NCBI GenBank assembly: GCA_011620345.1 | Contig: WOZJ01000050.1 | Coordinates: 215,976 to 258,234, forward strand | Length of the DNA stretch: 42,259 nt | Reading direction: 5' to 3' | Origin: Nitrospirota bacterium | GTDB lineage: Bacteria; UBA2233 | Shown: positions 27,124 to 36,453 of the stretch, one piece after another | How the letters are laid out: every line of letters starts with the position of its first letter | How positions within the stretch are numbered: the first letter of the stretch is position 1 | The notes under the pieces: generated by a model | Told to the model about the DNA's origin: nothing | The model's input: the letters and a program-made list of their open reading frames with translations, nothing else | The model's database searches: none | Program-made: the position numbers and the translations under genes

Positions 27124-28701
27124 ATGAAAGAGTGTCTCCAGCCAAGGAGGGGATTTGCCATTCTCATGGCAATCGGTCTATGGCTTAGCATTGTGGGTAT
27201 TTGGAGTTACCCCTTGCTCGAGCCGGACGAGGCTAAGCATGCCCTTATTGTCCGTGCCATGCTCGAAGGATCGTTTTGGATGCCCTACTTAAACGGGGAG
27301 CCTTTCTTCGATAAGCCCATTCTTCCTTTTGCGTTGATGGCCGTCTTTGCGAAGTTTCTTGGGATGAACGAGGTCGCCCTACGCCTTCCTGGGGCACTCC
27401 TTGGGTTTGCGAGTGTCATCGTGCTCTATCGGTTCGTCCTCAGGCTTCGTGGCGACGCGGAGGCTTTTTGGGCGGGGTTTATATGGACTACCAGCCCGCT
27501 GTTTCTCGCTGCAAGCCATATACCGACCCATGACATCTACCTCGCGTTCTTTAGTACGCTATCAGCGTTCGCGGGTTTTAGACTACTTACGGAACAGGGC
27601 ACTCCTACGGAAAGCCGCTTCTTGGGCATCGGATTCTGGCTTGGTTTGGCGGGCGGCGTTCTTTCCAAGGGGCTTCTTGGCATCGTCCTTCCGGGGATTG
27701 CACTGCTAGGGCCTGCCTTGGTTGAGCGTCAATCTTTGAAGGCCGCCGCAAAAAGGTTCCTTCGTATCGAGGGAATTGCTTGTTTTTTGCTGCTCGTCCT
27801 CCCTTGGTATGCATACGTCCTTGTTCGCTACCCAGAGTTCGGCCCAAGCTTTCTCGTGCGTCAGCATCTGGGTAATTTTTTGGGGTCTTTGCCAAGGCAC
27901 CCAGAGCCTTTCTGGTATTACCTTCCGCTTTTGTTTGGGGTCTTCTTCCCATGGGCATTCTTTTTGCCCTTTATTCCCTTTGCGTGGCGTCCAGAGCGCA
28001 AAGACAGAGCATTCGTAGCGCTTTGCGCCTCTCAAAGCCTTGGAATTTTCTTGTTCTTCTCCGTTGCCGCTTCAAAGCTTCCTTTGTACATCTTGCCGGC
28101 ACTGCCAGGTTTTTGCATGGCGCTTGCACCCTTTTTAGTCAAACACGCCCCCGCCAGGGAGAGGCATTTAAAAATCCTTCTGGGCTTCGTTGCGGTCGTT
28201 TTTTTGGCGGCTATTCCTTACGGGTTGGTGTTCGCCAAAAGCGCCTACCCCGGCTTCTTTAGGCCTGCCGCTGTTCTCAGCGTCTTGATGACTCCCGTTC
28301 TTTTGGTAGCGCTTTTGTTTTCCTGGAGGGGCACGGTCGGCTGGCTCAAAGGCTATATCGTGTTCGGCCTTGTCTTCTTGTATACTCTCGCGTTTCTTTG
28401 CGTAACTCCCCTCGTGGGAAGTTACAGCTCGAGCAAGGCTGCCGTCCAACGGCTTAAACAAAACGCCTCCGAAGATGCGGTAGTCGTCTGTTACAGGAGG
28501 AATTGCTTATCCGCTCAATTCTACCTAGGGCGCCCGGTAAAACGGATCGAGCACTTGGACCGAAACATGCTTGTGTCTTCAAGGCCTCTTTACGTGCTCG
28601 TTAAGAAAAAACACCTCATCCCCTTCCTTGCAGAGGCGAGACCGCTCGGCATAAAAGTTGAATTCCGTTCCGAGGGGTTCTGGCTGATCCGGGTGGGATA
28701 A
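27124..28701 (+). CDS. ArnT/PMT-like polyprenol-phosphate-sugar dependent glycosyltransferase (GT-C fold)
   Basis: EPDEAKH....R.M, P.LNG..FFDKP, ALRLP, LSKG, LPWY, H.EPFWYY, FFPW, SKLP.YILP; many TM helices. Confidence 0.9.
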   Translation: MKECLQPRRGFAILMAIGLWLSIVGIWSYPLLEPDEAKHALIVRAMLEGSFWMPYLNGEPFFDKPILPFALMAVFAKFLGMNEVALRLPGALLGFASVIVLYRFVLRLRGDAEAFWAGFIWTTSPLFLAASHIPTHDIYLAFFSTLSAFAGFRLLTEQGTPTESRFLGIGFWLGLAGGVLSKGLLGIVLPGIALLGPALVERQSLKAAAKRFLRIEGIACFLLLVLPWYAYVLVRYPEFGPSFLVRQHLGNFLGSLPRHPEPFWYYLPLLFGVFFPWAFFLPFIPFAWRPERKDRAFVALCASQSLGIFLFFSVAASKLPLYILPALPGFCMALAPFLVKHAPARERHLKILLGFVAVVFLAAIPYGLVFAKSAYPGFFRPAAVLSVLMTPVLLVALLFSWRGTVGWLKGYIVFGLVFLYTLAFLCVTPLVGSYSSSKAAVQRLKQNASEDAVVVCYRRNCLSAQFYLGRPVKRIEHLDRNMLVSSRPLYVLVKKKHLIPFLAEARPLGIKVEFRSEGFWLIRVG

Positions 28702-28704
28702 CGT

Positions 28705-29859
28705 ATGACATTCCGAACCGATTGCCTGGAGTTCCTAGGGGACAGGCCCTGCAAGCCTCACAAATTAAGGGGCCGTACGTGCGATACCTGTCCTGAATAC
28801 ATACGGGAACGAGGAAGGCTTCTCCTTGTCAAGCTGGGCGCTTTGGGAGATGTCGTAAGGACGTTGCCATTGCTGGAAGCGCTTGCCAAAGCCTATGTCG
28901 GCTGCAGTATTTGGGTAGTTACGCAAAAGCCATCTCTTCCGTTCTTTTCGGCAAACCCATTTGTCAGACGGGTGGTCTTGCTTGAACACGCCCCGCTTTT
29001 CCTTTCTCAGGTAGGCTTCCAAATCGCCGCAAACCTAGACCTCGACCCGTTGGCCTGCGCGGTGATCGGACTTGCCCAGGCCGATCAAAAGCTTGGGTTC
29101 GGGCTCGATGCCTCGGGTAACGTCATCCCCTTGAATGAGCGGGCAAGCACTTGGTATACGATGAGCCTCGATGACGCCACCAAACGGGCCAACCGCGAAA
29201 CCTACCAGCAGCACATGGCTAGAATCCTCGGGGTCCCCTTCAAGAACGAGTCAATCCGAATCGAGCCTGGCCAAAAGCGAGTGGAACTGGCGAAAAAGCT
29301 TCTGCAGCAGGCTGGGCTCAACCCTTCCCAACGGCCGCTCATCGGGCTGAACACGGGTTCCTCCGGGCGGTGGCCGCTTAAGGCCCCTCCTGTCGCTCAT
29401 TTTGTGGAGCTTATCCGCCTTTTGGACGCTCAGGGTCTTACGCCCGTCAGCCTGCTAGGCGGTCGTGAGCAGCTCCCCAAGAATCAAGCCATTGCAAGCG
29501 CTGCCCGGAATAAGGCGGTCGTTTTGGATGTTCGCCAAGACGTTCTCGAGTTTGCGGCACTCGTCGCTTGGCATAACCTTATCGTTACGGGGGATACCTT
29601 AGCCCTTCACCTGGCGCTTGCCTTCAAAGTGAGGGTCGTTGCAATGTTTGGGCCTACCTCCGCCCAAGAGATCGAGCTTTACGGATTCGGCACAAAGCTC
29701 GTCGGCGACGTCCCCTGCATCGGATGCTATACGAGCGCTTGCGACAAACAACCCACGTGCATGGATACGATCACACCCAAGGAGATTTTCGGTGCCATCC
29801 TCAACGAGCTTTCCTTTGGCCATCGTCCTACCCACCTACAACGAGGCCCCGAACGTTGA
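28705..29859 (+). CDS. Glycosyltransferase family 9 (heptosyltransferase-like) with Cys-rich termini
   Basis: LLVKLGALGDVVRT.P, IGLNTG...W..K, LLGG.E, IVTGDTLALHLA.A, MFGPT. Confidence 0.88.
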   Translation: MTFRTDCLEFLGDRPCKPHKLRGRTCDTCPEYIRERGRLLLVKLGALGDVVRTLPLLEALAKAYVGCSIWVVTQKPSLPFFSANPFVRRVVLLEHAPLFLSQVGFQIAANLDLDPLACAVIGLAQADQKLGFGLDASGNVIPLNERASTWYTMSLDDATKRANRETYQQHMARILGVPFKNESIRIEPGQKRVELAKKLLQQAGLNPSQRPLIGLNTGSSGRWPLKAPPVAHFVELIRLLDAQGLTPVSLLGGREQLPKNQAIASAARNKAVVLDVRQDVLEFAALVAWHNLIVTGDTLALHLALAFKVRVVAMFGPTSAQEIELYGFGTKLVGDVPCIGCYTSACDKQPTCMDTITPKEIFGAILNELSFGHRPTHLQRGPER

Positions 29860-30523
29860 TGGAATTTTAAGGGAACTCCACGGCCTGTTTCCCGACGCTG
29901 CCCTCGTCGTCGTGGACGACAACTCCCCAGATGGAACGGCGAAGATCGTCGAAGGGCTCAATCAAACCATCCCAGGGGTTGTGCTCATTGTTCGCCAAAA
30001 CGAGCGTGGCCGGGGTACCGCAGGGAAGGCAGGCTTCCAGAAAGCCCTTGGTTTGGGTGCTCGGGTAATCGCCGAAATGGACGCCGACGGCTCTCATAGC
30101 CCAGGCGACCTCCCTTTGCTTGTCAAGGCGCTTGATTCTTGTGATGTCGCCGTAGGGTCGCGGTATACATCGGAAGGGGGAGATTTTCGAGGCTCATGGG
30201 GCAGAAGGTCGCTGTCGCGGGCATCCATTCTCTTCGTCCGGGCCCTTTTAGGCGTGCCGGTTCGAGACCCAAACTCGGGATTTCGAGCGTTCAAGCGAGA
30301 GGTACTCGAGGGAATCTCGCTAGAAACGCTCAAGGCCAAAGGGCCGGAGATCGTCCATGAGGTGCTGATGAGGGCCTACAGGCAAGGCTTTCGAATTAAG
30401 GAAGTACCGATTCGTTTCCATGACAGGCGAGCGGGTACCTCGAAACTCACGCTCGGCCAGCTTCTCAAGAGCTTCCTGTTTGCGTTGTACTTAAGGCTCA
30501 CTACGATATTTTATAGGTCATAA
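29792..30523 (+). CDS. GT2 polyprenol monophosphomannose synthase-like glycosyltransferase
   Basis: IVLPTYNE, VVDDNSPDGT, MDADGSH, VGSRY, D.NSGFR, EVPI.F.DR..G.SK; GTG at 29792 with AAGGAG RBS. Confidence 0.9.
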   Translation: MPSSTSFPLAIVLPTYNEAPNVDGILRELHGLFPDAALVVVDDNSPDGTAKIVEGLNQTIPGVVLIVRQNERGRGTAGKAGFQKALGLGARVIAEMDADGSHSPGDLPLLVKALDSCDVAVGSRYTSEGGDFRGSWGRRSLSRASILFVRALLGVPVRDPNSGFRAFKREVLEGISLETLKAKGPEIVHEVLMRAYRQGFRIKEVPIRFHDRRAGTSKLTLGQLLKSFLFALYLRLTTIFYRS

Positions 30524-30896
30524 GCGCCTTTCCGAGCGCCTTGCCATGCTCGTCCGTGATGTCCACCTCCCCTACGGCGATCGAGCGTCCTTTTTGGACA
30601 ATCCTAGCCCTTGCAAGCATCGTACCCTGTAAAAAAGGCCGAAAGTAATTTATCTTCATCTCTATCGTGGAGATAGCACGCGGTTCTTTCAGAACTCCCA
30701 TCAAGGCGATGGCAACGGCGGAATCGGCAAGCGTGGCCATTACCCCGCCATGGGCGACGCCCATCGGCTGCGTTAGCTTTGGGTCAAAATCGACGGCAAG
30801 CAGTGCCTCCCCATTTACGGCCGATTCGATCCGTATCCCCAAGAGTTTGTAAGCTCCAGAGCCTTCAATAGCTTGTTTTAGGCTCGAGTCAAGCAT
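30501..30896 (-). CDS. PaaI-family hotdog thioesterase
   Basis: Q.MG.AHGG..ATLAD, STIEMKINY.RP, GR...V.EVDI. Confidence 0.92.
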   Translation of the reverse strand: MLDSSLKQAIEGSGAYKLLGIRIESAVNGEALLAVDFDPKLTQPMGVAHGGVMATLADSAVAIALMGVLKEPRAISTIEMKINYFRPFLQGTMLARARIVQKGRSIAVGEVDITDEHGKALGKALMTYKIS

Positions 30897-30920
30897 GCGA
30901 AGCCTTCTGAGAAGCGCTTT

Positions 30921-32033
30921 TCATCGAGTCTCCTCCTTGGGAGCCTCTTGGGGCTGTTTCTCTAGAGTACGCCCCTCAGGATTTTTTGGTTCCAAGGCGA
31001 TTTCTGTCTCATAGAGGTTCACGACGGCAAGGATAAGCGAGAAGATTAGCGGACCAAGAACAATGCCTACCATTCCAAAGGCCTGCAATCCGCCTAGGAT
31101 GGCAAACATAAGGACCACGGGAGAAATATCTGCCTGCCCCCCTACGAAGTACGGCCGGACGAAGTTGTCCGACAGGCTGATCACCACAGACCCCCATAGG
31201 CCTAAGAAGATTGCCGCACCCCAGTGCTGTTGGGCAAGCAAGACCAGGACGGCCGGAACCCACACGATGCCGGCTCCCACGACTGGAATAAGCGAAAAGA
31301 AGGCCATCATCACCCCCCAAAGCACTATCGAGGGAAGGCCTGCGATTGCAAACCCGATTCCACCGAGCGTTCCTTGGACAATCGCCGTTAAAAGCCCTCC
31401 GTAGATGGTGGCCTTGAGGGTTTGGTTGAGTTGGCCGATCACTTTTTTGCGGGAGGCAGGGGGCATTGGCAAAAGGCTCTCCAAGCGCCCTAGAACCAGC
31501 TTGCCGTCCTTAAAAACGAAGAATAGCGTGAACAATACAAGGCCGAGGTTCATTAAAAAGCTAGAAAAATTGAGGACAATCTGGGAGCTCCCAGAGACCA
31601 TGACCATCGAGAAGTTCCGGATATTGTCGAGAATGGCCTTTCTGAAGTCAAACGTAGGAATTTCCACGTAACGGCCTACAAAATTGAGTACGCTCGCTAG
31701 CGGGGGAAAATCGTAAGGGCTGGAAAAATGCCTGCCCTCCAGGGCCTTCTCAAGCGAGCGATAGGCTGAAATTGCTTCGTTTGCAAGGCTTGCACCGACG
31801 ATAGCGATCGGAATGGCAAGGCCCAGGATGACCAATACGAGCATCAATAGCGAAGCCAAGGATTTCCTGCCGCCTAGGCCGCGAAGGAGCCTGTCGTAGA
31901 TAGGATACGAGACTGCTCCGATGATGATTGCCCAAAGAATGGGGGTCAAGTAAGGGGCAAGCGTAAGGTAGCCTAAATAGAAAAGCCCAACAAGAAGCGA
32001 AAGTGCCAGGAACCCAAGAAAAAAGCGGGTCAT
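30921..32033 (-). CDS. AI-2E family transporter
   Basis: PILWA, FF.FKDG, A.VQG.LGG, SLIP.VG..IVW.P, DNFVRP, GG...FG..G..LGP. Confidence 0.92.
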   Translation of the reverse strand: MTRFFLGFLALSLLVGLFYLGYLTLAPYLTPILWAIIIGAVSYPIYDRLLRGLGGRKSLASLLMLVLVILGLAIPIAIVGASLANEAISAYRSLEKALEGRHFSSPYDFPPLASVLNFVGRYVEIPTFDFRKAILDNIRNFSMVMVSGSSQIVLNFSSFLMNLGLVLFTLFFVFKDGKLVLGRLESLLPMPPASRKKVIGQLNQTLKATIYGGLLTAIVQGTLGGIGFAIAGLPSIVLWGVMMAFFSLIPVVGAGIVWVPAVLVLLAQQHWGAAIFLGLWGSVVISLSDNFVRPYFVGGQADISPVVLMFAILGGLQAFGMVGIVLGPLIFSLILAVVNLYETEIALEPKNPEGRTLEKQPQEAPKEETR

Positions 32034-32370
32034 CGCATGCACCTCTAGATCTTCCTGCTCCAAGCGTTCCACTTCATTCCAAGAGGCCCGTATGTTAATC
32101 TTTGTAAAGTGTAAAGCGAACCTACCAAGTGGCACGGGGTTTTAGTGGGGCATGAGCTTGTTAGTAATACTTTAGTGAGCCCCCGTGTTTATAGAAGAGC
32201 CAATACATTATACAGCGTATTTTGCAGGGTGAATACCCAGCAGGCGCTCACGGTTTCTCAAAAAGCATCAATCTTAGGATGGTTTTGGCGAGCAACCCTT
32301 AGACGTCGAGCACTGCAAGAGTTCTGGAATATTCTAACTGAACCGCCAAGAAACATACGGAAGGGAAACT

Positions 32371-33252
32371 GTGCAAGCACCTGCAACCCAAAGGCTCAAC
32401 TTCAATTCGATTGTCGTTATTATTCCAGCATTAATGGTCGTCCTGGCCACGGTTCCGTTCTGGATCATCGGGCTTTTGGGCGTATGGGCGTTTTTCTCGC
32501 TGGGAACTCGTATCAGCGAAATTGCCGCAAGGAGCGAGGCGAGCCAACAATCCGCCCAGTTTATAGCCGTCTTTCGGAGCCTCCAGGACGCGGTGACCGA
32601 CGCCGGCTGGGCGTTTTTTATCGAGGCGGTCATTATTGCCATTTTAGGGGCAATCGCCGTGTTTGGCGTATCTTACTATGTCTACAGGAAAACTAAGCGG
32701 ATTGCGAATAGCCTTTTGGACGCCGTCCAAGCCATCGAGGAAGGCCAGGAGGAGGTTTCCCCTGACGGCGGCGGCTACGAGGAAACCGAGCTTCTTGCCA
32801 AGAGTATCCAAGAGATGGCAAGGATCATTGCAAGGCAGAACCAGGCGCTCCGCGGAACAGTAGATGAATTAAGCATTCCTGCCATCGAGATCTGGCGGGG
32901 GGTTGTTTTCATGCCCGTCGTGGGCTACGTAGATTCTAGGCGGGCGTTTCAAATCGAGGAGGCGCTCCTTGAGAGGACGGTTCAAACCAAAGCCCGGTTT
33001 GTTATCCTGGATATTTCAGGGATTTCCAGCATCGACACGCAAGTCATGGCGCACATCCTGAAGATCATCAAGGAAATTGCGTTGTTGGGGGCTAAGGCGA
33101 TTCTTTCTGGCACTTCCCCCCAAACGGCACGCTCTCTTGTACACCTAGGGGTAGATCTTGGCACCACGGAGGCGTATGGCGAGCTTGAAGCAGCGCTTAG
33201 GCGGATATTTGCAGATTACGGCTTTTTCAAGAAGAAGCCTGCGCAAGTTTAA
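32371..33252 (+). CDS. Membrane-anchored RsbR-type STAS protein (TM-TM-HAMP-STAS)
   Basis: Two hydrophobic segments and a HAMP-like helix pair (..EETELLAKSIQEM), then LSIP.I.IW.GV..MPVVG.VDS.RA, VILDISG...IDT, LLGAK.ILSG..P..A..LV.LG. Confidence 0.85.
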   Translation: MQAPATQRLNFNSIVVIIPALMVVLATVPFWIIGLLGVWAFFSLGTRISEIAARSEASQQSAQFIAVFRSLQDAVTDAGWAFFIEAVIIAILGAIAVFGVSYYVYRKTKRIANSLLDAVQAIEEGQEEVSPDGGGYEETELLAKSIQEMARIIARQNQALRGTVDELSIPAIEIWRGVVFMPVVGYVDSRRAFQIEEALLERTVQTKARFVILDISGISSIDTQVMAHILKIIKEIALLGAKAILSGTSPQTARSLVHLGVDLGTTEAYGELEAALRRIFADYGFFKKKPAQV

Positions 33253-34210
33253 TCACGCTAGGCTGAAGAACCGTGTTGAGCGAGGCAAAAGTTGCTTCGA
33301 GCGCCCTCCTTGACTGGTCAAGCTTTAGAGGGCTTTGCACTTCGACATCGCCGTTTTCGGTGAGCGAGCGAAGGTTGTTGGTGTTTAAGTTGAGTTCGTC
33401 CAGCCATGTCTTTGCGTTCTGAAGGGATTGCGCCCCTACCCCCATCTGGGCCCTGAACGTGGCAACCTGATTGTAGGCGGTGTTTAGGTATAGTGTTGCG
33501 TTTTTGATGCGCTCTTTATTGGAAACACCCGGCCCACCGATGACGCGGCGGTCAGGATAGGCGATCGCGTTCATAAGGTCTTGCATGAGAGCAAACAGGT
33601 TTACACCTTTTTGAGACTCTGCACCCCCGAAAACTGCCGAGCCGGGCAGGCTAATCTCGGCGTAAATCCCCGGAAGCACCTCTAGCTCCATGCTGTTGCC
33701 ATCGCCCGCGTATTCCACGGCCCCTTCAAACTGGAGGTACCCTTGCTCGGTACGTACAGGCTGGACAGTGCTCTTGAAGGGCGGGGACTGGTTTTTGAAG
33801 CCCGCAAACACGTACTTTCCGGCAATAGAGGTGTTCGCTGCATCGAGCAGGCCCCTCATAATTTCATCGAGCGCGCGAAGGTTGACCTGCGTTCGCCTTG
33901 GGTCTTCAACACCCTGGAGCTCTTGGGTCGCGATGTCCCTTGCCTTTAAAATGAGCTGTTGGACCTGGGCCAGCGACTGATCCATGGCCGTTTGAACGGA
34001 TATCGCCCTCTCAATCTGCACGCCGGCCTGCTGGTAGAAGTCCATGGACTCTCGGTAGCCGAGCACCCTTGCGTAGCCTACTGGGTCGTCGGATGGACGG
34101 TTGAGCTGCTTGCCCGTCGAGAGCTGTTCTTGGGCGCGCACAAGATCCTCCCGGTCGTTCTGAACCCAAGAAAGCGTGTTCCTGTATACCGTTGGGTCGG
34201 CCACCCGCAT
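33227..34210 (-). CDS. flgL: Flagellar hook-associated protein 3
   Basis: QEQLSTGK.LNRPSDDP, ANT...G.YVFAG, Y.GD, G..VF; follows flgK. Confidence 0.92.
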   Translation of the reverse strand: MRVADPTVYRNTLSWVQNDREDLVRAQEQLSTGKQLNRPSDDPVGYARVLGYRESMDFYQQAGVQIERAISVQTAMDQSLAQVQQLILKARDIATQELQGVEDPRRTQVNLRALDEIMRGLLDAANTSIAGKYVFAGFKNQSPPFKSTVQPVRTEQGYLQFEGAVEYAGDGNSMELEVLPGIYAEISLPGSAVFGGAESQKGVNLFALMQDLMNAIAYPDRRVIGGPGVSNKERIKNATLYLNTAYNQVATFRAQMGVGAQSLQNAKTWLDELNLNTNNLRSLTENGDVEVQSPLKLDQSRRALEATFASLNTVLQPSVIKLAQASS

Positions 34211-34236
34211 TGTGATGCCTCCTTTTCCAGCTAAGA

Positions 34237-35652
34237 TCAGCGAACGATTCCCAAAAGAGAATCAAACATAGTTTGCGTTACGATAAGACTTTGACTTGCT
34301 GCCTGAAAGGCCCGCTGGTAACGAGTCAGGGTGATCATCTCCTCGTCCAGTGAAACACCCGAAACAGAATCCCTTTGGGTAGCAAGCTGCTCTAGAGTGC
34401 CTTGCGTAGTTTTTAGCTCGGCCTCCAGCCGCTGCATCGTACCACCTACACCCGATACGATCCCGCCTAGGTATTCTGAGAACGTCTTTGCATCTTTGGA
34501 GCCAGGCTTGACTATGATCTGGTTGTTCCAAAGGCCAGCGATGGCCAATGCCGTACGATTATCTCCCGGTAGGCCCTGCTTGGTAGTCGCCGCGGCGATG
34601 GCGCTCTCCGAGCGTTTGATGGGCTCTGCAAGCTCGAGGAAGCGGGAGGCATCCTGTTCAGCCTTTTGGTCTGGCTTTGCCAGCACAAAGAAGGGCTGAC
34701 CCGTCTGTCCGGCAAGGTCGTAGCCTTGGCGGTGAAGGACGTTCACTTCGCCCCCGAGCACAAACGCAAGATGGTCGATCTGGTTTAAATACGAAGGGAT
34801 GTCCTTTTGTATGACCTCCGTAAGCCCGCCAAGCTTCCCCCCTTGAATCCTGTTTGTAATGTCTTCGTAGTAGGCTCCATCCCGGAATGCGATCTGGATG
34901 TCGCCAGAGCGACTTCCGCCTTGGTATACGAGCGACTTGGCCGTAGAGCCATCGACAAGCGCCTTTCCTCCGACGTAGACCGTAAGGTTGTCCCCGTGAT
35001 CAAGGGTTTCGATGTCAACAAGCTTGGAGAGGTCTCCAAGGAGCGCATCTCGCTGATCCTTAAGGTCGTTGGCCCTGCCCCCTTTCCCTGAAATCGCCCG
35101 GTTTAGCCTTGCAATTTCTTCTGCATAGGCGTTCACCTGTGACACGGTAGCCTCAATGTCGGCCCTCGCGGAGAAATCGGCCTGGTGTAGGATAAGACTC
35201 GTTCGTTTGAAGGTGTCAGTCAACTGGATTGCTTTTTCCCGAACAACCTTTCTCTCCCCCAAACCTGCCGGGTTTTCTGCCAACGCGCGGTAGGCTCCGA
35301 AGAACTCGCTCATTGCTTTCTCTAGTCCAGGAGCGCTCGCTTCGTTTAAGGCGCTTTCGATCTGCCTTAGGTAAGTCTGGCGCACTTCAAGCTCGCCAAG
35401 GGCGTTTTGCTGTTTTTGGATTTGCGAATCAATGTAGAGGTCTTTTACGCGTCGGACATCGGAGGCCTGAACGCCCGTGCCAAGGCCTCCGATAGAGGTG
35501 AGGTAAGGCGGGGTTGCTTCCAAAACGACCTCCTGGCGAGTATAGCCAGGCGTGTTGACGTTCGCGATATTATGTTCCGAAGTGGAAAGAGCTGTTTGAT
35601 TCGCCACCAACGCCCTTTTGCCTGTCTCTAGCGATTGAATCAGCCCCGGCAT
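34237..35652 (-). CDS. flgK: Flagellar hook-associated protein 1
   Basis: HNIANVNTPGYTRQ, G.GV, NDL.DQRD, GGKLGG, SVSGVSLDEEM; GAGGAG RBS. Confidence 0.95.
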   Translation of the reverse strand: MPGLIQSLETGKRALVANQTALSTSEHNIANVNTPGYTRQEVVLEATPPYLTSIGGLGTGVQASDVRRVKDLYIDSQIQKQQNALGELEVRQTYLRQIESALNEASAPGLEKAMSEFFGAYRALAENPAGLGERKVVREKAIQLTDTFKRTSLILHQADFSARADIEATVSQVNAYAEEIARLNRAISGKGGRANDLKDQRDALLGDLSKLVDIETLDHGDNLTVYVGGKALVDGSTAKSLVYQGGSRSGDIQIAFRDGAYYEDITNRIQGGKLGGLTEVIQKDIPSYLNQIDHLAFVLGGEVNVLHRQGYDLAGQTGQPFFVLAKPDQKAEQDASRFLELAEPIKRSESAIAAATTKQGLPGDNRTALAIAGLWNNQIIVKPGSKDAKTFSEYLGGIVSGVGGTMQRLEAELKTTQGTLEQLATQRDSVSGVSLDEEMITLTRYQRAFQAASQSLIVTQTMFDSLLGIVR

Positions 35653-35654
35653 CT

Positions 35655-36119
35655 CTACACTCTCCTCGAAACCGTTGGAATTTCCCCCGTTATTTTGATC
35701 GTCCCAACGGGGGTGTAGCGTTGGTCGCTCATTCCTATCGTTTGTTTTAGCCTTGAAAAAAGCCCCTCTATCCAAGCAAGCGAACAAGCGACTAAGTCTT
35801 TGAGTTCCCTTGAGGCATGCTGCACGTCCTTAACCCTTTCTTTGAGCAAGGAGGCCTGCCCTCGAAGCTGCCCTGCGTCTTCCTTCGATATACCAGCGAG
35901 AATCTCCTCTATCGAGGCTTCAAGGGGAATCCCGGCTTCCTGAAGACTGGCTTGCCTCATCTGCTCGAGCGCTTGTACCCTACGTTGAACCTGCTCTCTT
36001 TGTTCAAGGAGCGATTCAAGCTTCTCGGCATCCAGGGCCAACGCCGCCTTTTGCTCTTCTTGAAGCACCCTGACCAGTTCCTCGAGTTCAACGTTTAAAC
36101 GCTCAAAGATTTTAAGCAT
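35655..36119 (-). CDS. flgN: Flagellar export chaperone FlgN
   Basis: Helical 154 aa, L.EEQ.A and late Y...G motif; canonical position between flgM and flgK. Confidence 0.8.
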   Translation of the reverse strand: MLKIFERLNVELEELVRVLQEEQKAALALDAEKLESLLEQREQVQRRVQALEQMRQASLQEAGIPLEASIEEILAGISKEDAGQLRGQASLLKERVKDVQHASRELKDLVACSLAWIEGLFSRLKQTIGMSDQRYTPVGTIKITGEIPTVSRRV

Positions 36120-36122
36120 GGG

Positions 36123-36428
36123 CTAAAAAAGCTCCCCCATAATAATCCCCCAGGCCACAACGTCTTCGTCCATTTCAAGCGTTCCGCGCTCAATGGCCTC
36201 CTTGTGCATAGCAACCACCGCCGGGCGCACCTCTTGGGCAGAGGCGCTTGCGGCAAACTTTTGAGCCAAACGCCCCGCCTCAGAAACCGTCACGCGGTCT
36301 TTTGCGAGAGGCTGCCCTTTTTTCCCTCCAGACGGGCTTTTTTCTCGTACAGAGTCTAACCTCCCCAACTGAGATGAAGCAACCTGCTGGCCGAGGCTAT
36401 CAACCGGAGGATACCCAAAGCTCGCCAT
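36123..36428 (-). CDS. flgM: Anti-sigma28 factor FlgM
   Basis: DRVTVSE, EVR...V...KEAIERG......D..VA..I; position between flgJ and flgN. Confidence 0.8.
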   Translation of the reverse strand: MASFGYPPVDSLGQQVASSQLGRLDSVREKSPSGGKKGQPLAKDRVTVSEAGRLAQKFAASASAQEVRPAVVAMHKEAIERGTLEMDEDVVAWGIIMGELF

Positions 36429-36453
36429 CAAAACTCGCCTTCTCGCTTAAGCC

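Noticed and set aside
17335-32221. Shared 11-mer TACAGCGTATT at 17335-17345 and 32211-32221 in two intergenic regions
   Set aside because: A single 11-mer match is expected by chance at this scale, and the second site lacks the tandem TATTACA arrangement
32145-32696. 183-aa plus-strand ORF spanning the STAS leader
   Set aside because: No RBS or motifs, Arg-rich shadow composition, and out-of-frame overlap with the STAS gene
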